Positions 11,101 through 19,032 of a stretch of DNA of 64,000 bases are shown in pieces. The notes below the pieces were generated by a model that ran no database searches, was not told the origin of the DNA, and worked only from the letters and a program-made list of their open reading frames with translations. The stretch is from assembly GCA_964511295.1 (NCBI GenBank), contig CAZEEP010000001.1, positions 71,022 to 135,021 on the forward strand, written 5' to 3'. How positions within the stretch are numbered: the first letter of the stretch is position 1; each line of letters starts with the position of its first letter. Source of the DNA: an uncultured Prevotella sp. (GTDB lineage: Bacteria; Bacteroidota; Bacteroidia; Bacteroidales; Bacteroidaceae). A program made the position numbers and the translations under genes.

Positions 11101-11545
11101 AGGTGAAGCCCAGGCCTTCCACCTGCGACATGTCGAACTTCTGCACAGCCATTGACACCTCCTTGTCGGGGATGTTCAGTCCGCCGCGGTTGAAGCGGTT
11201 GCCCGCCGTGATCACGACTTCCTGGAGCTGTGCTTCCGACTTAAGCATGATGTTGAACTCGCGCTTGCTGCCGATGACGGCGGAATAGGTCTGGTATCCC
11301 ACGTATGTTATGCGCAGCTTGTGCTTTGGGTTCTTGATGTCGAGGGAGAAGTTACCGTTGATGTCCGTCTGCGTGTAAGCCACGTTACGGTTGTTCTCGT
11401 CTATCTCCACGACATTACACATCATCACTGGGCCTTCGTCAGAATTGACGACACCTGTAATACGTGTGCCCTGCGCATGAATGTCATGCGGAAAGGCGCA
11501 ACACAAAATTGTCAGTATGAAAAATATTAAACTCTTGGCTTTCAT
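8153..11545 (-). CDS. SusC/RagA-family TonB-dependent transporter, 1130 aa
   Basis: Signal peptide and a CarboxypepD_reg-like N-terminus (ITGVVNSDEGPVMMCNVVEID..TDINGNFSL). Plug motifs DEALQGQIAGLDVV and ISVLKDAAATAIWGSRGANGVIEITTKRG. C-terminal beta-barrel ending ..NLNIGF. Confidence 0.9.
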   Translation of the reverse strand: MKAKSLIFFILTILCCAFPHDIHAQGTRITGVVNSDEGPVMMCNVVEIDENNRNVAYTQTDINGNFSLDIKNPKHKLRITYVGYQTYSAVIGSKREFNIMLKSEAQLQEVVITAGNRFNRGGLNIPDKEVSMAVQKFDMSQVEGLGFTSADEALQGQIAGLDVVVNSGNLGAGTSMRLRGITSITGSSEPLIVVDGNIFETADDENFDFANANEETYASLLSINPEDISTISVLKDAAATAIWGSRGANGVIEITTKRGSRGKIRVDYSLRMQANWQPKGYNLLNGDDYTMMLKEMYYNPSQAADATTNINEINYNKSWAEYENWNNNTDWVKAVTQTGVSQYHYVTISGGGEKANFRVSAGYDHQIGSIIKQSLDRFSTRLTLDYFVSDRIKFSTQFPLTYTRNNKNYTGLLGIAQKIAPNMSIYRQDANGNDTDIYYIMLPSGANNAAGSSVSNTSAPQLSSIRALGNPVAIANEAYNHESQYRISPDFRLEYQLLGIHDDETQLKYTGQVYFDIYSSSSNVFYPGSLETSGWTDGDYNRISTSDNSSLSLTTRHTLTFTPRFKNKDFYSTMMARVEMSFNNSTSQNVGSRNLPSGITSPSTGGNLSSMSTGNGEGRSMGAIYTGHFSYKGRYAVDPSLRVDGTTRFGDSSKWGIFPGFSARWNISEEPWMDWSRRVLSMLSFRPSWGIVGRTPGREYLQYARYRTDGSYGSGSGNQSVTYLEGLQLNKLKWERTSQWNIGGDFGFFNDKITGDFNYYYKRTKNLLMGNVDIPSTAGFSVLAYSNVGEMSNKGWELNVSLNKIINVGKFSMTASVNVAQNFNRIESMDESVLESLNDQWNAGSRGTWLKRIQVGNPLGSIFGLRYKGVYQYSYEYLTDQRDLNNWDSNQFRDFINQFLASGKTAPVATDANGRVLMNRNGEPVRVVYNYLNGASTYQFHGGDAIYEDVNHDGQINQLDIVYLGNSNPQWQGGFNLTFNYGRFSLRSNFSYRVGFKEINKARMSLEEMYNAYNQSTAVNFRWRKDGDVTQIPRAMYNTGYNWLGSDRFVETGSFLRLSYIQLRYSFEKKMLKNLGLNQLALSVSIQNPFVWSHYSGTDPEHSAGSFGIAEDNSQTPRSKSVTMNLNIGF

Positions 11546-11565
11546 ATCCTTTTTAGGTGTGATTG

Positions 11566-14442
11566 TTAATACCGTTTGCTAAGCCTGTTGTCGAAGTCCT
11601 GCCTGAAGCCGGCAAGTTTCTTCGCTGCGTTGGCGCCAGTCCACGTGCTGTCGAACCTGCCGTCCTTGCTGTAGATCAACGGCGTGTTTATTTCGTGCAC
11701 TACAGCGAACGAAGACGTGTTGATGCGCGTTGCCGATGCCGGCAGCGCGTTTAACACGTAGTCGCGCGTCATCTTGTTGCACATCAGTCCGTTCTCCTTT
11801 ATCGTCACTGCCTGTCCCGACGCGTCGTGCACCGTGAACTGGTTGTTTCCGCCCGTCAGTCTCAGGCGTTGCTTCACGCCCAGGTCTGAGGAATAAGCGG
11901 TGTTGAACTCCTCGCCCTGCGCCGTGTTGAGAACCGTAAGGTTGTCAGACATCACGGTGTTGTCTACATATATTGACACGCTCTGTATGTGATAGCGTAT
12001 GAAGGCGTTTATAGCCTCTATCATTGCCAGAACCTTGTCGCGTGCGGCGCTGTATTCGGGATCCGGATACTCGGGGTCGAACTCCATGTCCTCGTATGGC
12101 TCATACACTTTATAGACGTCGTCCCATGACGGCAGTCCAAGCTCGTGAGCCTTGTCCATTGCGTCGTTGTCGGGCACGTAGAACGTGTAGTTGTACGAGT
12201 TGAAGTAGTTTACGTTGTCAGTCAAGCCGTTGTTGGCTACGAACACGTGGTAAGGCGCCGTCTTCGGCTTGTTGGTCACGGTGCTGTTGCCCACGAACTT
12301 CTCGCTCGACCACTCCATGAGCTGGTCCATGCGCTCGTCGGTGCAAAGCTCGAAGAACTGCGAGAACTGCGGCGAGTTTGCAATGACATCGTACACCGAC
12401 TGCCGCGGAGCCTCTATCACGTGATCCAGGACGTAGGTCACGCCGTTCTTCTCCTGATACTTCTTCTCCACTCCTGAGACAGGGCGCACGTTCTCTATCT
12501 GCGCGCCGCCAGCCACGCTGTTGCCGTCGAAATAAATCTCGCCGCCATGCTTTGTCTTGTAATAGCGGTTGGAGCCGAAAGTAGCTCCCTGCGGCAACAC
12601 TATCGTGTGATAGTTGAGGATGTCGGTCAGCTGCGTGGTGAAATCGGCAATGCCCACCTCGCCTATAGAGTCGCCAACCTCGTGGGTGTTAGGGTTGTAT
12701 GCCCATGCCGAGCAGTACACCAGCGAGTTGTGTCCCGATGTTTGCGCGGCAGGATAGAACTTCAAGGCGCGCGGCTGGTCGGAGCCGAGCCTGGTCGGGT
12801 CTATATAATATTGTCCGAAAGCGTCGTCGGTGGGGATGAAAAGCGCGTAACATGCCTTCATGGCAAGCAGATACGCATAGTAGTTCAAGTTAAGGTTGAG
12901 CGGGCTGCTGTTGTTCTTGCCGTCGTTGATGGCCGAAAGCATGATGCGCATGTTGTCGGCAAAGAGGGCAGGCGAATAGACCGACTGGTACTGGTCGGGA
13001 GCTATGACGGTGTTGAGCATGTAAGCCACGCCGTTGTTGGCTATCTTCACGTCGTAAGAGCCGTCGCCCTTGGTGCTTAGGATTTGTGTTGACAGCCCCA
13101 TAGGCTCTGATGCGTCGTTCAGCACGCTGCCGAACTTGCTCGGCACCGACGCGATGAACGAGTTCTTCATGAGGTTGTTGAGGAACGTCTGCACCACGTC
13201 TATGCGTATGGAGTCTATGTTTTCGGCAAGGAACTCCTCGGTATTGGGCTGCTTTCCGAACTGGTCTATGATGAACGAGCCTTCGCCGCCCGGCAGGAAG
13301 TACTTCTTCATAGCCTCGTCCGTAGGCACGAAGATAGTGCCCATGTCGCTGAGGTTGGTCGCGCCGTTGGGATAGTAGCCGTTCCATCCCGGGTCGAACG
13401 ACAACGGGTAGGCGAACGCCGGGGCGAGGCGGTCCTTCGGGTCGGTCGTCACGTATGCGTTGCCGCCCTGCGAGCGGCTGCTGAAGTAGCGGCGCTCGTA
13501 TATAGAGTCTATCAGCTCCTTGCCGTTGGCAAGAGCATAGTCGTTATAGTTGTTTGTGATAGCCTGGTTGAACACCGGGATGCTGAAGCGGTCGAGCATG
13601 CGGCTGAAGTAGCGGCTGTCCTCGTTGTTGCGCAGCACGTCGGCAAGGTTGCTTGGCGGCACAAGCACGTCCTGCAGCTGGTGTATGTAGCCGTTCAGGC
13701 ACGATATGTCGGAGTTTACCACCGGGTTGCGGAAAATGTACAGCGCGCCGTCCTGGTATGGCTTGCCGGTGATTATCTGGAAGTCGTTGTCGGCTCCTGC
13801 CACGGTTATGCCGTTGCCTGTCATTTGCGACTGCGTGAAGTGCACCATCATGGGCTGCGTGCCGTCGTTGACAAGGTTTATGCCCGTCCGGTAATGCTTC
13901 TCCCAGTAGCTGTTGTTTGCCGGCATGCCCGTCACATTATATATATGCTGTATGGAGTCGATGACGCTCAGCGCGGTGTTGTGCTTCAGCGCCCTGCCCC
14001 TCGTCACGTCCGTGGCGCCGTTCGACACGTTCGACAGCATGTTTGAGAGGATGGCGTTGTCGAGCATCGAGCCGTAAAGCAGGAACTTCTTCTGCGACTC
14101 CGTCAGGTCTTCGTATTTCCCCACCCCCATAGTGTTGTTGGCGAAGAAACGCTCGAAGGCTTCGTCGTTCGCGGGGAAGACGGTCTTGGAACCGGTCCGT
14201 TGCAATGTCTCGGCATAGCCCAAGTCATCGACAAGCCGTAGGTAATACTTGAATGTTCCCGTCAGCTTCGCCTGGTCGGGTTCACTCAGCTGTGCGTAAA
14301 TGCTCGTCATGCCGGGACTCACCCCGTCATCGTCGAGCTTGTAGCTATCGGTACACGACGACATTATCGCCAAGCACGACAGCGAACCGAAAACCGTACG
14401 TAGTGCGGATTTGGTCAAGTTAAAATAACAATAGTCCATCAT
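11566..14442 (-). CDS. Large multi-FAS1 (fasciclin) domain lipoprotein, 958 aa; first gene of the operon
   Basis: Lipoprotein signal (LSCLAIMSSC). Repeated FAS1 signatures: KTVFPANDEAFERFF, NGYIHQLQDVLVPP, TIFVPTDEAMKKYF, LFIPTDDAFGQYY, TFYVPDNDAMDKA, IRYHIQSVSIY and VVHEINTPLIY. Confidence 0.75.
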   Translation of the reverse strand: MMDYCYFNLTKSALRTVFGSLSCLAIMSSCTDSYKLDDDGVSPGMTSIYAQLSEPDQAKLTGTFKYYLRLVDDLGYAETLQRTGSKTVFPANDEAFERFFANNTMGVGKYEDLTESQKKFLLYGSMLDNAILSNMLSNVSNGATDVTRGRALKHNTALSVIDSIQHIYNVTGMPANNSYWEKHYRTGINLVNDGTQPMMVHFTQSQMTGNGITVAGADNDFQIITGKPYQDGALYIFRNPVVNSDISCLNGYIHQLQDVLVPPSNLADVLRNNEDSRYFSRMLDRFSIPVFNQAITNNYNDYALANGKELIDSIYERRYFSSRSQGGNAYVTTDPKDRLAPAFAYPLSFDPGWNGYYPNGATNLSDMGTIFVPTDEAMKKYFLPGGEGSFIIDQFGKQPNTEEFLAENIDSIRIDVVQTFLNNLMKNSFIASVPSKFGSVLNDASEPMGLSTQILSTKGDGSYDVKIANNGVAYMLNTVIAPDQYQSVYSPALFADNMRIMLSAINDGKNNSSPLNLNLNYYAYLLAMKACYALFIPTDDAFGQYYIDPTRLGSDQPRALKFYPAAQTSGHNSLVYCSAWAYNPNTHEVGDSIGEVGIADFTTQLTDILNYHTIVLPQGATFGSNRYYKTKHGGEIYFDGNSVAGGAQIENVRPVSGVEKKYQEKNGVTYVLDHVIEAPRQSVYDVIANSPQFSQFFELCTDERMDQLMEWSSEKFVGNSTVTNKPKTAPYHVFVANNGLTDNVNYFNSYNYTFYVPDNDAMDKAHELGLPSWDDVYKVYEPYEDMEFDPEYPDPEYSAARDKVLAMIEAINAFIRYHIQSVSIYVDNTVMSDNLTVLNTAQGEEFNTAYSSDLGVKQRLRLTGGNNQFTVHDASGQAVTIKENGLMCNKMTRDYVLNALPASATRINTSSFAVVHEINTPLIYSKDGRFDSTWTGANAAKKLAGFRQDFDNRLSKRY

Positions 14443-14811
14443 ATTATGGTTCTGATTTATGTTTATACGTTTTTACGTTCTTTTTCCGGTTTTTGCTTTT
14501 CGCTGCGAAGTTAATAAATTATAACTACATGTGTGTTTATTTTTTTTCAATATTTGTACGCTTTGCCTTGGAAACAACGCTTTTGCACACAATTGTCAGA
14601 GAAGCGTACAAACTGGGGGGGGTAAGCGCCTGTGCGTTTTTTAGCCCTTTTTGTTTATTTTCATCGCTAAGACGGCTTCGAACAATTTTGTCGTAGAAAC
14701 AGACATGCCGTTCTGTTTTTTTTTGCCAAATTTGCAGCGCAAACCAATAGAGACAATTTCTCATAAGCTAAAAATGAAAACACACATTATTATAATAAAG
14801 CATTTACGTCT

Positions 14812-14932
14812 TTGTCGTGACGCGGCAAAGCTTTCGTCGGATTGCGACAAAGCTTTTGACGTATTGCCATAAAAGTTTCGTCGGCACGCGATAAAACTTT
14901 TGCCGCAAGGCGAAAAAATGACAATCGGGGCG
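14812..14932. promoter_or_regulatory. Operator-like array of five tandem units with exact 22-bp spacing in the divergent PUL promoter region
   Basis: The units are GCGGCAAAGCTTTCGTCGGATT, GCGACAAAGCTTTTGACGTATT, GCCATAAAAGTTTCGTCGGCAC, GCGATAAAACTTTTGCCGCAAG and GCGAAAAAATGACAATCGGGGC. Their YGCGR cores start at 14821, 14843, 14865, 14887 and 14909. Each unit is an imperfect palindrome, CGnCAAA..TTTnGnCG. Confidence 0.5.
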
Positions 14933-15095
14933 CCGCCAATGACGCAAGCAACGCCTAAAACGGCATGCGACCACGCACAGCACGACGACAATAGCACTAC
15001 GACAATATATAAAAACATATATAAAAGCAACATAACAAAAACAAATATAATTAACATTATTAATCTTAAGTTCAACCTAAAAAAAATCAAAAAAC

Positions 15096-17417
15096 ATGAT
15101 TAAAAGGTTTACTTCAGTAGCGATTTTGGCAGCAAGCTGCTTCTTCGCTTATGCACAGGAGGTGGATTTGACTCAGTTCCAGACCCTTCCCACAGAGAAA
15201 GGTAAGGGCGTGACCACATCTCTGCAAAACAACGGCATTTGGGTGGCTTACAAGGCTGCACCAGGCACCAATCTCGGTTCTGCCACTTGGGCAAAGTTTA
15301 ACAATCCTTGGGGCGGTAACGGCCGCGTGTACTTGGAGAATGCCGGTAAGGACGAAGAAGGCAACGACATGTACATCATTGCCGGACAGGGAAGGTTCAT
15401 CACCGACTTTGGCGATGACGGCCGTTCAATAGTCGGCATAAAGGCTGATGCCAAGCCTTTCTCGGCAGTCCGAGACACGGAAGGCAAGCTGTATTTCAAG
15501 GATCCTGTTGACAATAAATTCCTTATAGCCGACAATGGCAATACCGACAATATCCTCATGAAAAGCGACGCTGATGCCACAGGCTGGGAAGTAGGCACAT
15601 GGCAGGGCGTCACTTTCGCGCGTCTCGACGTGAAGCCGTTTGACGGTGACGCAGGTGGCGTGAACATTGAAAAATGCGCCGACGGCTACTACTATGGCTC
15701 ACTCTATTTGCCTTTCGCAACAAAGGTACCAAACGGTAACACACTGCCTAACCAGCAACATGGCGATAAGGCTGTAAAGGTTTGGAAACTTGACGGTTAT
15801 GCTGACGACATTGAAGTAACGGAGCTGAACCCGGGCGATGACGTTCCGGCAGGAACGCCAATCCTCGTACGTGCAACGGCCATGAACGTTGACTTCCCAA
15901 TAGTCCCTACATCAGAATATGTTGACCAGCCAGCCGAGGAAAGCTTCTTCACAGGCTATTACACCGTGGCTCCCGAAGGCGAGAATTTCCAGCTCAGCAT
16001 CAGCGACGGCTATCCAAAATTCGCCAGAGCGGCAATCATCACTGACCCGGAATCGCCAAACGCAATAAGGCAGGCAGCAGTGAACCTCGGCTACATCTTG
16101 GCTAACAATGACAATGAAGACATCTTTGAGTATCGTTTCGACTTCGAGAATAACACCTTGACAGGTTATGAGAATCCCGACTACAAGAGAGTTCTTGAAA
16201 ACAAATACTCAGAGCTGCTGAACAACGCAGGCACACCTTTCGGCATCGACCCAGCTGCTGCTGAAGAAATCAAAGCAGAGATAGCCGCCCTCGACGACCC
16301 GACAGAGGAAGAATACGACGCAATAGTTGAAAAAATCTCAAACAGCACTTACTATCCCGACGTCGTTTACACCGCCATCAAGAACAATGGCTATGCCGGC
16401 GACAGGGAACAGAGTGACCGTCAAGGCATGCATGCAGACTTCGGCACTCCTAACGGAGCCAACGGCCGCGCATACCTGAAGAAGGCAGACGAAAGCGGCT
16501 CGAAATACTATTTCGGCTTCAACGGACGCTACGTGCAGGCTCCTGTAGTGGGCGAGCAATGCACACTCGGCACCGATCCCGTGGCTTTCGACCTGACAGT
16601 AACAGGAATCGGCCAGTTCACGCTGGCATACGAAGGCATAGCACTTGTAGACGCAGGTGCCCAAATGCAGGGCGGCAACCTCTACGCACAGGATGAAGAC
16701 GGCAACGACAGAGAAGACGAGGAGGGCAACAAGACCGTAAACGGCAATGCCATCTGGACTGTCGAAAACAGCTACAACAACTGGGTAAGAGCTGACGCAA
16801 AGGTAGACCTTTCAGACGTGACAGGCTTGCGCTATGGCACCATAACAGTGCCTTATGACGTGAAGGCAGACAAGGACAATGATGCAGAGGCACGCTTGTT
16901 CATCATGAACTATAACGACGATGACGACCTCGTGCTCAATGAGGTGGAGACTCTGCCGGCAGGTACACCGGGTGTCGTGGCTGGCACAAGCGCCTCGATT
17001 CTTCTCAACATAACCGGCGGCTACGTCACCGAGCCTGTATTCGATCTTAACAACAACGCCCTGATTGGCATCATGAATGGAAGCAACAAGCCGGCAACAG
17101 ACACCTATACATATCCCCACTTCCTCGCAAAAGGCACAACAGAAGGCGACGATGTCACCACCATACCAGAGTCATGCCTGGTAATGTCAACCACCGGCGG
17201 CAGCTATGACATCAACATGGCTTTCCTTGACGGAATGAATAACGCCAGCGACATGGAGGTCGTCAACTTCAAGAGCATCGTAACCGGCATCGAGAGCGTG
17301 CAGGCTCCTGCAACCAAGAAGGCAAGCAACGCCATCTACAACATGGCAGGACAGCGCGTAGGTGCTGACTACAAGGGCATCGTGATAAAGAATGGCAAGA
17401 AATACATCAACAAGTAA
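15096..17417 (+). CDS. Secreted protein of unknown function with a T9SS C-terminal sorting domain, 773 aa
   Basis: N-terminal signal peptide (AILAASCFFAYAQ). The C-terminal tail ..NAIYNMAGQRVGADYKGIVIKNGKKYINK matches the T9SS type-A CTD pattern. An internal duplicated module is present (YGSLYLPF..VTELNPGDDVPAGTPILV and YGTITVPY..NEVETLPAGTPGVV). No catalytic motif was recognised. Confidence 0.6.
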   Translation: MIKRFTSVAILAASCFFAYAQEVDLTQFQTLPTEKGKGVTTSLQNNGIWVAYKAAPGTNLGSATWAKFNNPWGGNGRVYLENAGKDEEGNDMYIIAGQGRFITDFGDDGRSIVGIKADAKPFSAVRDTEGKLYFKDPVDNKFLIADNGNTDNILMKSDADATGWEVGTWQGVTFARLDVKPFDGDAGGVNIEKCADGYYYGSLYLPFATKVPNGNTLPNQQHGDKAVKVWKLDGYADDIEVTELNPGDDVPAGTPILVRATAMNVDFPIVPTSEYVDQPAEESFFTGYYTVAPEGENFQLSISDGYPKFARAAIITDPESPNAIRQAAVNLGYILANNDNEDIFEYRFDFENNTLTGYENPDYKRVLENKYSELLNNAGTPFGIDPAAAEEIKAEIAALDDPTEEEYDAIVEKISNSTYYPDVVYTAIKNNGYAGDREQSDRQGMHADFGTPNGANGRAYLKKADESGSKYYFGFNGRYVQAPVVGEQCTLGTDPVAFDLTVTGIGQFTLAYEGIALVDAGAQMQGGNLYAQDEDGNDREDEEGNKTVNGNAIWTVENSYNNWVRADAKVDLSDVTGLRYGTITVPYDVKADKDNDAEARLFIMNYNDDDDLVLNEVETLPAGTPGVVAGTSASILLNITGGYVTEPVFDLNNNALIGIMNGSNKPATDTYTYPHFLAKGTTEGDDVTTIPESCLVMSTTGGSYDINMAFLDGMNNASDMEVVNFKSIVTGIESVQAPATKKASNAIYNMAGQRVGADYKGIVIKNGKKYINK

Positions 17418-17470
17418 TTCTCCCATAAACCACAGCCTACACACGCTGTGATTACGCAACACTTCCATCG

Positions 17471-17512
17471 GGCCATGCACAGACTGCCAACAACTCTGTG
17501 CATGGCCTTTTG
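17471..17512 (+). terminator. Rho-independent terminator after the 773-aa gene
   Basis: Perfect 13-bp stem GGCCATGCACAGA / TCTGTGCATGGCC (17471-17483 and 17495-17507), followed by TTTTG. Confidence 0.75.
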
Positions 17513-17573
17513 CTTATGCAGGAAAAAGAACATGTATGACGCAAATTCATACTGCGCAGCTGTTCTTTTTACG

Positions 17574-17581
17574 TAACTTTG
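17574..17581 (+). promoter_or_regulatory. Bacteroidetes -7 promoter box TAACTTTG upstream of the GH28 gene
   Basis: Exact TAnnTTTG match, 30 nt upstream of the ATG at 17611. Confidence 0.5.
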
Positions 17582-17610
17582 CAAGGCTTAAATATAAAAA
17601 CAGCAATTAT

Positions 17611-19026
17611 ATGAACACAAAACCAATTAGAAAAATTACCACATCACTATTGCTCCTTGCGAGCTTGACATCAACGGCTAAGAACATCGACATCCAAAGC
17701 TACGGCGTAGCGGCCGACGGCGTGACCATGCAGACGGCTAAGATACAGCAGGCTATAGACGAATGCTCAGCCACGGGCGGCGGCGTGGTGACGTTCGCTC
17801 CCGGCAAATACCTCACGGGCACCCTGCGCCTGAAGAGCAACGTGGAGATGCGCATAGAGCGCGGCGCAACCATCCTCGGCAGCACCAACGTGCCGGGCGA
17901 CTATCCCGTCCGCGCCCTGATCTACGCCGAGGGCATAGAAAACGCCGGCATCTCGGGCGAGGGAATCATCGACGGACAGGCAGACACGCCCGAATATCTC
18001 GCCCACGGCTTCAAGGTGAACGACGGCGTTCGCCCCAACGGCATCTTCTTCAAGGACTGCAAGAACATGACCGCCAAGGACTTCGAGATACGCGACGTGG
18101 ACAGCTGGACCTTCCGCCTTTTCCGTTGCGACGGCGTGAGAATACAGGGCATCAAGATCCACTCGCTCATGCAGGGCAACAACGACGGCATCGACGTTGA
18201 CGCACGCAACGTGACCATCACGGGATGCCTCATAGAGTGCGACGACGACGGCATCTGCCTGAAAAGCGACGACCCGAACTTCCTGCCGGAGAACATCGTC
18301 GTGAGCAACTGCGTCATAGCAAGCAACTGCAACCCCATAAAGTTCGGCACATCGTGCTACGCCGGCTTCCGCAACGTGACCATCACCAACTGCACCATCC
18401 GCCCCGCCACGGAAAGCCATATCTGGGACTGGTCGAAGGACTATGACCGCCTTGCCCCGAAAACCATCACCGGCCTTGCAGGCATAGCCATAGAATGCCC
18501 CGACGGAGGCAAGATAGAGCAGGTGGCAATCTCTAACATCACCATGAGCGGCATCATCACGCCCATATTCATCAACCTCAACAAGCGCCACGGCGGCGGC
18601 AAGGGCTACATCAAGGACGTTGCCATCTCGCAGATCAAGGCTGTTGCCTACGGCATCATCCCGAGCATCATAAGCGGCGTGCCGGGAATGCGCATAAGCG
18701 ACATAACCCTGCGCGACATAACCGTGGAGCACGAGGGCGGCGAGGCTGCAATGACAAAGAGGCTGCAGGAAAACCTCACCGGCTATCCCGAGAACAGAAT
18801 GTACGGCAGGAAGAACCCGGCAGGCGGACTGTACGTGCGCCATGCTGACAACGTGAGGGTGTACAACCTGCGCGTCGTACAGCGCAACAAGGACATGCGC
18901 CCGGCAGTGGTAGCCGACGACGTGAACGGCATGCAAATAAACGGACTGCAGACCGTGAACACGGGCAAGGACGCAGTTCAAGCCATCGAGAGCAGCAACA
19001 TCACCCTTGACGGAAAGAAAATCTAA
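17611..19026 (+). CDS. Glycoside hydrolase family 28 (polygalacturonase-like, right-handed beta-helix)
   Basis: TAKIQQAIDECSATGGGVVTFAPGKYLTGTLRLKSNVEM (pectate_lyase_3-like N-terminus). GH28 motifs GNNDGIDVD and CDDDGICLKSD. The start was trimmed to MNTKPIRKITTSLLLLASLTSTA (signal peptide), downstream of the -7 box. Confidence 0.8.
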   Translation: MNTKPIRKITTSLLLLASLTSTAKNIDIQSYGVAADGVTMQTAKIQQAIDECSATGGGVVTFAPGKYLTGTLRLKSNVEMRIERGATILGSTNVPGDYPVRALIYAEGIENAGISGEGIIDGQADTPEYLAHGFKVNDGVRPNGIFFKDCKNMTAKDFEIRDVDSWTFRLFRCDGVRIQGIKIHSLMQGNNDGIDVDARNVTITGCLIECDDDGICLKSDDPNFLPENIVVSNCVIASNCNPIKFGTSCYAGFRNVTITNCTIRPATESHIWDWSKDYDRLAPKTITGLAGIAIECPDGGKIEQVAISNITMSGIITPIFINLNKRHGGGKGYIKDVAISQIKAVAYGIIPSIISGVPGMRISDITLRDITVEHEGGEAAMTKRLQENLTGYPENRMYGRKNPAGGLYVRHADNVRVYNLRVVQRNKDMRPAVVADDVNGMQINGLQTVNTGKDAVQAIESSNITLDGKKI

Positions 19027-19032
19027 AAAGAA

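Noticed and set aside
14761-15090. A 109-aa minus-strand ORF, with other short ORFs, in the 650-bp divergent intergenic region
   Set aside because: The peptide is AT-rich and low-complexity (runs of I/F/L/V) and overlaps the operator-like array. No promoter box or homology was recognised, so the region is treated as regulatory.
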